A DNA stretch of 64,000 nucleotides from Candidatus Bilamarchaeaceae archaeon (GTDB taxonomy: Archaea; Micrarchaeota; Micrarchaeia; Anstonellales; Bilamarchaeaceae). The notes under the pieces are model-generated. The model was given only the letters and a program-made list of their open reading frames with translations. It was not told the DNA's origin and did no database searches. Made by a program: the position numbers and the translations under genes. The stretch is taken from contig JAWCKZ010000001.1 in NCBI GenBank assembly GCA_038851325.1, forward strand, positions 64,001 through 128,000, given 5' to 3'. This document shows, in pieces, positions 11,289-20,529 of the stretch (its first letter is position 1; each line of letters starts with the position of its first letter).

Positions 11289-12068
11289 TCACGTCATAAA
11301 ATTGATGATAATCAAAGGAACACACATCCCACAGATGAGTAGGCCGACTGCGAGCCAGCCTATGATTTCCCATTTTATCTTTTCTGTTATATGCTTTTCT
11401 TCCTGGTCGCTGATATACATCACGTTATCTCTTCCCATGCAGATAATAAGGTTCTCATTGGCAGGACCGGCACCTGCCTCTGTTCTTACCTCTGCTGTCC
11501 CGAGCACATAAACGCGGTCGTCCTCATTTATGTAATATTCGGACACTCTCAGCAGACTATTGCTATGGATTCGGAATTGCAACTTTGCTTCCGGGTGCTC
11601 ATCAAGAAATTCCAATACCTTCTTGTCGAGCTGTTGTTGCGGCAGCAAGCCAAAGAATCCCCTGTCTGAGAGGTGACCTGTATATACATTGTCCGGAGGG
11701 ATTTCTACAATTGCGTTTTTTGGGCTCACAAGTATCCGCCCTGTATCGTCCTCAAGATAGAATTCAGAGGATGCGTCCTTCTTGTAAAAAACGCACCATC
11801 TCCCTCCGTGCTTCCCGCTCTGATAATATTCTGCAACAAGACGCCAAAAAACACATTTTGTTTTTGTGATGGGGCTTGTAATCGGCTCTTTGTATTTTGC
11901 TTTGCCATAGAGCTCCACGAGACCAAGTGCTGCGGAGCGCACCTTCGAAGTAGGGGTACTCTTTATCTTTTGCATGAGAAAATATTTCGAGACCGCAGTA
12001 TATATGAAAACAAAGCCTATGATAAACGTGAAACCAACAAAGCAAACTTGCACCGGATTGAATGGCAT
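11289..12068 (-). CDS. GIDE-domain membrane protein
   Basis: TM-TPTSKVRSAALGLVEL...FYLEDDTGRILV...VYVLG-TM architecture, adjacent to lemA. Confidence 0.75.
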   Translation of the reverse strand: MPFNPVQVCFVGFTFIIGFVFIYTAVSKYFLMQKIKSTPTSKVRSAALGLVELYGKAKYKEPITSPITKTKCVFWRLVAEYYQSGKHGGRWCVFYKKDASSEFYLEDDTGRILVSPKNAIVEIPPDNVYTGHLSDRGFFGLLPQQQLDKKVLEFLDEHPEAKLQFRIHSNSLLRVSEYYINEDDRVYVLGTAEVRTEAGAGPANENLIICMGRDNVMYISDQEEKHITEKIKWEIIGWLAVGLLICGMCVPLIIINFMT

Positions 12069-12082
12069 ATATTTTATCCCAC

Positions 12083-12481
12083 CTATAAAAGTCGGAATTT
12101 AAATCCGTAATGGATCAGACCTTCTGGGTCATCTTTTTGTATCATCCTAAATACACTTTCAACCTCCGCGCCTACTTTAACATCTTCAGGCTTACAATCA
12201 ACTACCTGCCCAAGAACCTTCGCGCCTTCATCAAGCTCCACTAACGCTATTATGTATGGAACTTGGTCCTCAAAACTGCTCGGCGCAGAATATATTACCG
12301 TATAACTATAAATTTTCCCCTTACCAGAAAATTGCACGTCTCTTACTTTTCCTTTTCTTCTGCATTTTGGGCAAATCGTCCGGCGTGGGAAGTAGCGCCC
12401 ATTGCAAACTTCGCAAATAGAACCGATAAGTCTGTATCGTTCTGGTATCCTGCGCCACGTGAGTGGAATGGACTCCTTCAC
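12083..12481 (-). CDS. DUF35 family Zn-ribbon/OB-fold protein
   Basis: CEVC...CPKC, GKIYSYT, PYIIALVELDEG, YGFKFR. Confidence 0.9.
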   Translation of the reverse strand: MKESIPLTWRRIPERYRLIGSICEVCNGRYFPRRTICPKCRRKGKVRDVQFSGKGKIYSYTVIYSAPSSFEDQVPYIIALVELDEGAKVLGQVVDCKPEDVKVGAEVESVFRMIQKDDPEGLIHYGFKFRLL

Positions 12482-13137
12482 ATAATCACCCCTTTTTGTG
12501 TTTGCTCGTAGTGCTCCTTAAAGAGCTTTATTCCTTTTTCTGTGAGAGGATGGTGCCAAAGTTGTTCCAGCACTGTAGGTGGGATGGTTGCTATGTGCGC
12601 GCCAGCAAGTGCCGCCTCTACTACATGCTTTTCAGAACGAACAGATGCAACAATTATCTCTGTTTTAAACTTATAGTTTGTATACACCTGAACTATCTGT
12701 CTCACGAGCTCCATTCCATTCTCACCAATATCATCAAGCCTTCCAACAAAAGGAGAAACATATGTCGCGCCTGCCTTTGCAGCTATGAGTGCCTGCGGTA
12801 CCGAAAAAACTAGGGTCACATTTGTCTTTATTCCCTTTTCTGACAATATACGAACTGCGCGCATGCCTTCCTTGGTCATTGGTATTTTTATTACTATATT
12901 GCTCCCCAATTTAACATACTCTTCTGCCTCTTTTACCATTCCTTCAGCATCATCACTTATGACCTCAACACTTAGAGGTTTGTTGCCTAGTAACCGAGCG
13001 ATCTCCCTGGCGGCTTCTTCCTGCGTCTTTCCAGCTTTCATAACGAGCGTAGGATTCGTAGTCACCCCATCGCATACTCCTAACTCAAGCGCTTTCTTTA
13101 TTTCTCCTGCGTTGGCAGTATCGATGAAAAATTTCAT
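12478..13137 (-). CDS. Transaldolase / fructose-6-phosphate aldolase family
   Basis: MKFFIDTAN, GVTTNP, IKIP, TNVTLVFS, SPFVGRLDD; GGAGG RBS before 13137. Confidence 0.93.
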   Translation of the reverse strand: MKFFIDTANAGEIKKALELGVCDGVTTNPTLVMKAGKTQEEAAREIARLLGNKPLSVEVISDDAEGMVKEAEEYVKLGSNIVIKIPMTKEGMRAVRILSEKGIKTNVTLVFSVPQALIAAKAGATYVSPFVGRLDDIGENGMELVRQIVQVYTNYKFKTEIIVASVRSEKHVVEAALAGAHIATIPPTVLEQLWHHPLTEKGIKLFKEHYEQTQKGVIM

Positions 13138-13182
13138 ATCCTCCCACCAAGAAAAGAATAAAAGCAAACAATTTAAGAGCAT

Positions 13183-14052
13183 TCACTTCATATTCTCAAG
13201 TATTCTTAATACATAATCCGCCCCACCGGTTAGAGAGCGCTCAAATAGTTCTGCGCATTCAATGACTGAAGCATCCGACTCTCGAGAGAGAACCTTTGCA
13301 GAGAAAAGTTCCACCAGTTTACCCTTTTTATCCAAAGGGATACCTGTATCACTTATAAGCGCACTAACTGCTGTTCTATAGGAGTATATGACGTGTTTTC
13401 CAAATTTCTGATCAAGCTTAACTATGGTTCTACCAACACATCCTATAGTTGAAGCGCTCTTCAGCACGAGTGCAAGCTCAATGAATCGTTCCGTTGCGGA
13501 TCTTAAGGTTTTCTCACCTATATAAGACAGCACATTCAATGCAGCGAGGATATCGGAGTTTGTAAACACCTCTCCAATAGTTGCCAGAGCATCCTTGTCA
13601 TGAATATTATTTAACTCAAAATCAATCCGCTTTAAAAAACAAAGAGAGGCAGGAAGACCGTTTTTCATATTAGAAATCCTGTCAGCTGCTTGAAGAACTT
13701 CAATAAAATCCGCCTCCTTTTCAAGCGCTAAAAGAATATTTATCAAAGCCTGCGCTACTTTTTCCTGATCATCCTTCTCAGAAAATTTTTTAATGAAGGA
13801 TATTGCGAGTCCATCGTCATTCACGAAATTTTTTTCTTCGCCTTCGAATTTACCGAAGAAGGCTTCAACAAAAATATGGAACTCGCTGTTGGCCACTTTT
13901 ATTCTAAGAGGGGGTGGTGTTCTAAAAATTTGTGAGATGCCCGTATCCTTCATTGGTTCTTCTATCATAGTCGGCGAACGCGATGTGAGAGTTATCCTCT
14001 TTTTAATGACTTCTGGCGTGTATCTTCGTTGGTTTCTCTCATCGATTTTCAT
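13183..14052 (-). CDS. Hypothetical protein
   Basis: Long ORF; start MKIDERN chosen from upstream GGAGG. Confidence 0.65.
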   Translation of the reverse strand: MKIDERNQRRYTPEVIKKRITLTSRSPTMIEEPMKDTGISQIFRTPPPLRIKVANSEFHIFVEAFFGKFEGEEKNFVNDDGLAISFIKKFSEKDDQEKVAQALINILLALEKEADFIEVLQAADRISNMKNGLPASLCFLKRIDFELNNIHDKDALATIGEVFTNSDILAALNVLSYIGEKTLRSATERFIELALVLKSASTIGCVGRTIVKLDQKFGKHVIYSYRTAVSALISDTGIPLDKKGKLVELFSAKVLSRESDASVIECAELFERSLTGGADYVLRILENMK

Positions 14053-14266
14053 ATCTCCCCCTCCGACCCACACCAAACTATATAACATAACAGCAAAAAA
14101 ATTTAAAGTTTGCACAAATTAATTGCCAATTTCAAGTTCTAAAACTATTTTAGAAACAACCAAATGTGTTCAGTACACATGAAGATACACAAAAGATGAA
14201 ATAGTGGATGAGTTCGGTCATCGTTATGCGTATAATTTTAAACTCTTACCAATATGATTATGATTT

Positions 14267-14830
14267 GTGGTTGGTATGATAAAGAAGTGCTGGTATGCAA
14301 AAGATAGTGTGCCAATGAAAAACGAGGAAACCAAAAATAATGAGAAAAAAATAAGAAAATTGATAAGTAGCGTTCCAGGGCTAAAAGAAGGATTAATGAT
14401 TACTGGGATTATGCTTACTCTCCCGTTATGTCAAATCAACGAAACAGGGCGTAGTAATAAATCGTCCCGACCTTATGTTGTGCAATCCGCTGTGGCTGAG
14501 AAGAAGCCACAACCATCGCTTATTTTACACGAAGGAATGCTCAAAGAATTAGTACTCCTTATGAAAGAGGGCAGTTCTGCCAGTTTCAGGCTAACTGAAA
14601 GAACTCAGACTGCGATATTCCTTAAGATAGTCAGCATATCTGAAGAGGGGGTGGACATTGCGCTTGGTACAGAAATCCTTGGAGAAAAACCTGCCCGCCA
14701 AATTGTCAGAGTCAGTTATGGCGAAGCAGAGCTGGGGAACAACCCGATTAAGAAGCTTGCTGTAAAAAAAGAAAGCGATGGAGAAGTGACCATTAGAATA
14801 TTCTTAAACACCAGCTTTAAACCTCAATGA
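14267..14830 (+). CDS. Hypothetical protein, one hydrophobic segment
   Basis: 187-aa ORF filling the gap between opposite-strand genes. Confidence 0.6.
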   Translation: MVGMIKKCWYAKDSVPMKNEETKNNEKKIRKLISSVPGLKEGLMITGIMLTLPLCQINETGRSNKSSRPYVVQSAVAEKKPQPSLILHEGMLKELVLLMKEGSSASFRLTERTQTAIFLKIVSISEEGVDIALGTEILGEKPARQIVRVSYGEAELGNNPIKKLAVKKESDGEVTIRIFLNTSFKPQ

Positions 14831-16046
14831 GTTCCTTGAAGAATTTTGGAAGTGCGAAAGCCGCTTTATGTATCTCTGGAGTATAGTATTGTAATCCTTT
14901 TAACTCCCGCGCTCTTTTTTCGTCAAATTTAAATGGGTCGTATTTTTTTGAGCAAAAAGAAAATCCTATAACCCCGCTCGGATAGGTCGGCACATTCGCA
15001 TAATAATATTTGTATATTGGAAATAGTTTCTTGTTAAAGCATGCCATATCCTTCAAAAGGTCTTGATGGTAGTACATAGATTCTGATTGCGTTACCACGA
15101 TTCCATCCGCCCTGCACGCATCTCTCAGATCTCTATAAAAATCCTCTTTGAAAAGCGGTTCTGCTGGACCTACAGGATCAGACGAGTCAACGAGTATAAC
15201 ATCATAATAGTCTTTTTTTCCTTTTATGAATTTTGAGCCGTCTTCGTAGAATATCGTTAACCGTGGGTCGTTGAGTGCACAACTAACCTTCGGAAAATAT
15301 TTTTTCGCTGCACCTACAACCATCTTATCTATCTCGCACATATGGATCTCGTTAACACACTTATGCTTTGCAATCTCGCGCACAGCGCCACCATCTCCTC
15401 CTCCTATGACAAGAACGCGCTGCGGGTTAGGATGAACAAGCAGAGGAACATGCACTATCATCTCATGATAAACAAACTCGTCATATTCGGTGAGCATCAC
15501 CGCACCATCAAGCACCATCATCCTTCCAAAATGATCTGTCTCAAAAATTTGCATGTGCTGGAAAGGTGAGTGCTCATCGTGCAATAGTTTCTTAATTCCG
15601 ATTGATAGCGCTCTCCCTTTAAGCGTCTCTTCCTTTTCCTGGAATGCCGCTTTTCTATAAATCGTGTTTATCTTGTAATCCGCTGCGCCAAACCATTTTT
15701 TCGTAAACTCTGCTGCCTTATAGGGATCAAAGTGTTTACAACTGAAAATGTCAATATATGCATACCCTGCTTTTGTTTTTTGGTCTATTCCAAAATGGCC
15801 TGTAATTCCTGATGTTTCTATAAGCTGAAAAGCAGAGTAGCCTTTAACTCGTGGGTCTTCTCCGAAATATACAATATGTGGTTCACCGTATCTTTTCATA
15901 TCTATCAGTTTGCACAGTTCTATTATCCACTGCTCGATTGTTTCCTTTGATTCGACTTTCTTAGAGTCGCACATAATTAGATCAACCGAAGCAAGCATCC
16001 CCCATACGCCAAACCTTTTGTATTCGTGTTCTGTATATTCGTACAT
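14817..16046 (-). CDS. speE: Fused S-adenosylmethionine decarboxylase (SpeD) - spermidine synthase (SpeE)
   Basis: N-term LIETSGITGH/YIDIFSCK (AdoMetDC); C-term LDG, EFVYHEM, VLVIGGGDGG, DSSDPVGPA, PTYPSG. Confidence 0.92.
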   Translation of the reverse strand: MYEYTEHEYKRFGVWGMLASVDLIMCDSKKVESKETIEQWIIELCKLIDMKRYGEPHIVYFGEDPRVKGYSAFQLIETSGITGHFGIDQKTKAGYAYIDIFSCKHFDPYKAAEFTKKWFGAADYKINTIYRKAAFQEKEETLKGRALSIGIKKLLHDEHSPFQHMQIFETDHFGRMMVLDGAVMLTEYDEFVYHEMIVHVPLLVHPNPQRVLVIGGGDGGAVREIAKHKCVNEIHMCEIDKMVVGAAKKYFPKVSCALNDPRLTIFYEDGSKFIKGKKDYYDVILVDSSDPVGPAEPLFKEDFYRDLRDACRADGIVVTQSESMYYHQDLLKDMACFNKKLFPIYKYYYANVPTYPSGVIGFSFCSKKYDPFKFDEKRARELKGLQYYTPEIHKAAFALPKFFKELIEV

Positions 16047-16126
16047 CTGTCAACCCCCACATTCTAATTCAAAATTTTATGTGCTCATATTAAATAAAAA
16101 ATTTAAATGTATCATCATTGGTAGAA

Positions 16127-16281
16127 CCCTAAAACGCAGGGAGGGGGCTGATGTTTTCTTCTATTCCCCTCCCTTCATTTTTAGGGCTAATTCTGATTCC
16201 CTCCCTAAAACGCAGGGAGGGGGCTGATGTTTTCTTCTATTCCCCTCCCTTCATTTTTAGGGCTAATTCTGATTCCCTCCC
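16127..16281. repeat. 76-bp hairpin unit, 2 identical tandem copies
   Basis: CCCTAAAACGCAGGGAGGGG...CCCCTCCCTTCATTTTTAGGG at 16127 and 16203. Confidence 0.92.
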
Positions 16282-16367
16282 CTTTCTGTTTATTTATGTT
16301 TGTTTATTTATCTTTTTGTTTGTTTTATGTTTTTGTGTTTTTGTTTTGCGCCGATTTTATTTCAGAA

Positions 16368-16485
16368 GAAAACCTCCCACGACCGCCGTGGCCTGAGAGA
16401 AACATAAGTCCACGGCACATAGAAAACATTAGGAAAACAGAGAAAACAGAAAGAAACTTAAGAAAACAGGAGGAATACATAAAAA
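16368..16485 (+). repeat. Single copy of the ~121-bp hairpin/A-rich repeat abutting the RNase P RNA 3' end
   Basis: GCCGTGGCCTGAG...CCACGGC...AAGAAAACAGGAGGAATACATAAAAA, same end as the copy beside tRNA-Arg(TCG). Confidence 0.9.
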
Positions 16486-16691
16486 GGTGAGGAGAGTAGT
16501 CTGCCTTCTGTTGTAGCGGCATTTTACTACGCGGCGTAAAGCCTTGCACAATCATCGAAAGGAAAGCGTCCGTTTCATCCAAGTCAAAGCTTGGTATCGT
16601 TTCTGTTACGCTTTCAGCTCCTTAAGAGCATCACATTCTCTTGTGGGCAGAACTTCCTCCGAATCATTCGGTGAGCCGCTCTCTCCTCACC
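16486..16691 (-). ncRNA. rnpB: RNase P RNA (very short, ~206 nt)
   Basis: Terminal helix GGTGAGGAGAG/CTCTCCTCACC; GAGGAAGTTCTGCC pairing with ACAGAAGGCAGAC (P4); ACAGAAAC and GATGAAAC motifs; TTTAAA box ~25 nt upstream. Confidence 0.88.
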
Positions 16692-16990
16692 ATATTTATC
16701 TGGAATTTGAAGGATTTAAATCTTTGCAGGGCATCAAGCTTTTCGCTCCTTTACTTCCACTTGTTCTTGACTTGCTTTTCAGATAAAATTCGGCGAGTGA
16801 AATGTTTATTATTCTGCTAGGCCAAAGCAAACAACTGAGAGAATACTAAAGATACCTGTGAATAGCGCAGCGCCCAAAATGAAAAGAGATTACTCTTATA
16901 TAGCTAACTGCTTTTTACAATACAATCTATGATCAATCTATGATTTTGTTGTACATTTACTTAAGACCTTCTTTTACTAACGAAAAAAAA

Positions 16991-17118
16991 TGCCGCGGGC
17001 CGGAGTTTTTGGCAGCTGCGCGGGCAGCCTGAACCAGCGACCCCTCGGTCTTCAGCCGAGTGCTCTCCCAACAGCACGCCCTAGTGGCGAACCACCCAGA
17101 GCTCTGAGCTACCGCGGC
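16991..17118 (-). tRNA. tRNA-Phe(GAA) with D-loop (~32 nt) and T-loop (~23 nt) introns
   Basis: GCCGCGGTAGCTCAG[..]TTGGGAGAGCA CTCGG-CTGAAGA-CCGAG GGGTCGCTGGTTCA[..]ACTCCGGCCCGCGGCA. Confidence 0.9.
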
Positions 17119-17163
17119 ACTGATAAGATGTTAATGCCAAAAAAATAAAAAATTTGGACAATC

Positions 17164-17253
17164 TTAAAATTCTTCTTCCTCTTCTTCCTCCCATTCTTCT
17201 TCGTCTTCTTCCTCTTCCCACTCCTCTTCTTCATCTGCTTCGAAATGCCTCAT
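17164..17253 (-). CDS. 29-aa extremely acidic peptide
   Basis: MRHFEADEEEEWEEEEDEEEWEEEEEEEF*; GGTGA RBS upstream. Confidence 0.55.
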   Translation of the reverse strand: MRHFEADEEEEWEEEEDEEEWEEEEEEEF

Positions 17254-17307
17254 AGGATATCACCACTTAAAAACTGGAGAGTAATACATAGAAACTATTA
17301 AAAATGT

Positions 17308-17424
17308 TTAGCCGTCGCAAGCACCCCAGCCGCAGCTTAGACAAGTCATACAACCTTCTTGAAACACAAGCGGAGTATCGCAGACTGGACACAAACCATT
17401 TTTTATTTTTTCTTCGTCGCTCAT
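17308..17424 (-). CDS. 38-aa zinc-ribbon peptide
   Basis: MSDEEKIKNGLCPVCDTPLVFQEGCMTCLSCGWGACDG*; GGGTG RBS upstream. Confidence 0.7.
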   Translation of the reverse strand: MSDEEKIKNGLCPVCDTPLVFQEGCMTCLSCGWGACDG

Positions 17425-17670
17425 GATCGCACCCATCCTTTTTTTCGCAGAAATTTTAAATCTGTTGCTTTCCACCCCTAGAGTTAAGTTCCATAATAGA
17501 TATAAGTTGACAACTCATAAGCTACTCTTTTCGTCATTGCCGATTGGCTCCGTCTGGGACGGTAATTTCATCGTTGCCATGTTTATAGGAGAGATCCTTA
17601 TATAAATTATTTTCTACCATCGAAAGACCGCGTAAGTGCTTAAAAACTTACCTGAGAAAAACTAAACAGC

Positions 17671-17882
17671 TGCCGTGGCCTGAGAAAAACATAAGCCCAC
17701 GGCACATAGAAAACATTTAGAAAACAGAGAAAACAGAAAGAAACTTAAGAAAATAGTAAGAAAACCTAAATAGTAAGAAAACCTCCACGACCGCCGTGGC
17801 CTGAGAAAAACATAAGCCCACGGCACCTTGAGAACATTTAGAAAACAGAGAAAACAGAAAGAAACTTAAGAAAATAGTAAGA
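17671..17882 (+). repeat. ~121-bp hairpin/A-rich repeat, 2 tandem units, in 5' flank of tRNA-Arg(TCT)
   Basis: GCCGTGGCCTGAGAAAAACATAAGCCCACGGC at 17672 and 17793. Confidence 0.92.
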
Positions 17883-17894
17883 ATAAATAAAAAC

Positions 17895-18000
17895 GGGCCC
17901 GTGGCGCAGCCTGGATAGCGCAGCAGCCTTCTATGCGTTTCGAACTTCGTTCAAACCCCAAGAGAGCTGACGGTCGCGAGTTCAAATCTCGCCGGGCCCG
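17895..18000 (+). tRNA. tRNA-Arg(TCT) with ~31-nt canonical intron (~17934-17964)
   Basis: GGGCCCG..CAGC-CTTCTA[intron]A-GCTG..GTTCAAATC..CGGGCCCG. Confidence 0.9.
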
Positions 18001-18044
18001 CTGATGGCATTTAAGTTTCAACCACGCCCTTTGGAGGTGGGAAG

Positions 18045-18299
18045 ATGACGGTAGAAAAGAGCCTAAGTAAAATATGCGAAATGATGGATGACATAACTAG
18101 TGATACAGCGGTTCCTAAAAATATCCGCCGTGCTGTGTCCGAAGCTAAGAGTAGGCTTGAAGGAACAGAGGAACTGTCGGTTAAAATAAGCGCGGCCATC
18201 TATCTCATAGAGTCAGTAAGCGATGACGTCAACATGCCGCCCCACACTAGATCACAGATATGGGCGATCCTAGGAGCCCTTGAATCTATAAAGAAATGA
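18045..18299 (+). CDS. UPF0147 family protein
   Basis: DTAVPKNIRRA, DVNMPPHTRSQIW. Confidence 0.9.
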   Translation: MTVEKSLSKICEMMDDITSDTAVPKNIRRAVSEAKSRLEGTEELSVKISAAIYLIESVSDDVNMPPHTRSQIWAILGALESIKK

Positions 18300-19717
18300 C
18301 GGTTATGGATAGTCTTGCTCAGAACGAAATTCGTCTTTCTGTAGAGGCAGAGGAACTGCTAAAGAAAAACGAACATATCATAGATAAGGTCCTCTCTCTA
18401 AATAAACCTTTTATCACAAAAGATGATGTAGAGGCAATTTTGAATGAGTCGAAGCCAGTTGAGGTAGAGTTTAAGAAAAGCGATTTTCTACCAGAGGCAA
18501 AGAATTACAACGCTGACATCCGTGTTCTTCATCAATTGGATGTGACATCAAAATCCAGAACGCGCGGAGAAGTTGAAAATTTTGTAAATTATTTTAGGAA
18601 CAGGTATGAGCGCCTTGCAAGGATAATGCGTACAACTACGCGAAATATTCAAACACTCTCGGTGAATGACGCAAAGAGACGTGTTGGAGAAAGAGTAAGA
18701 ATTGTAGTTATGGTAACTGAAAAAAGGAAAACGCAGAAAGGAAATCTTTTCCTCGAAGTTGAGGATGAAAGCGGTTCCTTTAAAGTGATCTTTTCCGGAG
18801 GTTCACAAAAGAAGGCAGAGACGGTGGCGCTTGATGATGTTGTTGCGATCACCGGCAAAGTGCTCGAGCCATACATGATAGCAGACGATGTCGAGTGGCC
18901 GGATATCCCGGTCACACGTGAGAAAAGGCTCTCAGAGAGAGACCTCGCAATTGCGTATATATCTGATATCCATTTCGGCAGCAACAATTTTCTCAGCAAT
19001 TATCTAGAGCGATTTGTGAGATGGCTATATGGAGAAGGAGATGAGAGTGCAAGAAAAATAGCAAGCAAGGTGAAATATATTATTGTGGCTGGAGACGTCG
19101 TAGATGGAATAGGTGTCTACCCAAAGCAGGAAAAGGAGTTAAGCATTAAAGATATCTATAAACAATACGAGATGTTTGATAATTTTGTTCACGAACTTCC
19201 TGATTATATAGATGTTATTGTATGCCCGGGTAATCATGATGCTGTAAGACGTGGCGAACCCATGCCAGCCATTCCGAAGGAATTCATAAAAACAGACGTA
19301 GTACGAATAGGCAGCCCATCGTATGTAGTAGTGGACGGTATAAAGCATCTTGTTTATCACGGAACATCTATCGACTCGTTTGTGGCTAATATTCCTGGAA
19401 TGTCATATGCGCATCCGGAAAAGGTCATGGTAGAGTATTTAAGAAGAAGACATCTCTCGCCTGTTTATGGTGAGAATCTAATTGTGCCTGAAAATATAGA
19501 TTATCTTGTAGTTGAAGAAATACCGGATGTTATACATTGCGGTCACGTACACAAAAACAGTTACGCGCAATATAGAAATGTTATGCTAATAAATTCTGGC
19601 ACGTTTCAGGCACGAACAGAATATCAGATAAAGCAGGGGCATGTCCCAACACCTGGTTTTGTTCCAGTTTATGAGCTAAAAACTGGTAGGCTTCGCACTT
19701 TGGATTTTACAAAGTGA
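18296..19717 (+). CDS. DNA polymerase II (PolD) small subunit DP1
   Basis: OB fold plus SDIHFG, AGDVVDGIGVYP, PGNHD, RRHLSP, GHVH. Confidence 0.95.
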   Translation: MTVMDSLAQNEIRLSVEAEELLKKNEHIIDKVLSLNKPFITKDDVEAILNESKPVEVEFKKSDFLPEAKNYNADIRVLHQLDVTSKSRTRGEVENFVNYFRNRYERLARIMRTTTRNIQTLSVNDAKRRVGERVRIVVMVTEKRKTQKGNLFLEVEDESGSFKVIFSGGSQKKAETVALDDVVAITGKVLEPYMIADDVEWPDIPVTREKRLSERDLAIAYISDIHFGSNNFLSNYLERFVRWLYGEGDESARKIASKVKYIIVAGDVVDGIGVYPKQEKELSIKDIYKQYEMFDNFVHELPDYIDVIVCPGNHDAVRRGEPMPAIPKEFIKTDVVRIGSPSYVVVDGIKHLVYHGTSIDSFVANIPGMSYAHPEKVMVEYLRRRHLSPVYGENLIVPENIDYLVVEEIPDVIHCGHVHKNSYAQYRNVMLINSGTFQARTEYQIKQGHVPTPGFVPVYELKTGRLRTLDFTK

Positions 19718-19798
19718 GATCTATGGAGCAAAATCAATTTTTAGCTGACCTTACTCACATTTTTATTTTTATGTCTATAAGTAAATGATAGACCGACC

Positions 19799-20467
19799 AT
19801 GATATCTTCGGTTTTTTTTGATATCGATGATACACTATTTCCATCAACAGAATTCTCAGAGTTCGCACGAAGGAACGCGATACGCGCGCTCATAGCCATG
19901 GGCTTACCTTATAGTGAGAGTAAGATAACACGCATTCTCAATGATATTGTAGCCAAAAAGGGTTCGAACTATCCCAGACATTTTGATGAGGTTCTTAAAA
20001 GGCTTGGCGTGAAAAACCGCAATCGCTATGTTGCGGCTGCTGTTGCGGCGTATCATGATACAAAAGCGTCGATTTCTCCGTATCCTGAAGTGCCGCGGAT
20101 TCTCGTCGCACTTAAGAGCGCAGGGAAAAGGATATACGTCGCGTCCGATGGCATTGAAGTAAAACAATGGGACAAACTTATACGAATGAAAATTGCGCTT
20201 TTTTTTGATGATGTTTTCGTCTCAGAAAATCTCAAGATAAAAAAAGGGGAAAATTTTTACAAAGAAATACTGCGAAAGCTTCGTGCGAAACCGAACGAAT
20301 GTCTTATGGTAGGCGACAGGGAAGACAAAGACATCGTACCGGCAAAGAAAGCTGGAATGCTAACCTTTAGAGTCTTTAGAGGGAAGTACAGCACAAAGCA
20401 TAAGAGCACGGTAGCGGACTATTACGGAGATGATCTCACACGGCTCGTTGATATAGTAAAAAGATGA
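19799..20467 (+). CDS. HAD-family hydrolase
   Basis: FFDIDDTL, QWDKLIR, MVGDREDKDI. Confidence 0.9.
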   Translation: MISSVFFDIDDTLFPSTEFSEFARRNAIRALIAMGLPYSESKITRILNDIVAKKGSNYPRHFDEVLKRLGVKNRNRYVAAAVAAYHDTKASISPYPEVPRILVALKSAGKRIYVASDGIEVKQWDKLIRMKIALFFDDVFVSENLKIKKGENFYKEILRKLRAKPNECLMVGDREDKDIVPAKKAGMLTFRVFRGKYSTKHKSTVADYYGDDLTRLVDIVKR

Positions 20468-20529
20468 AAGGAATGAACGCTTCTGCCAAACCCGCATGAT
20501 TAAAAAATTATGCGATTAAACAAGACTCC

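Noticed and set aside
16923..16944. CAATCTATGAT x2
   Set aside because: Short duplication with no other supporting context
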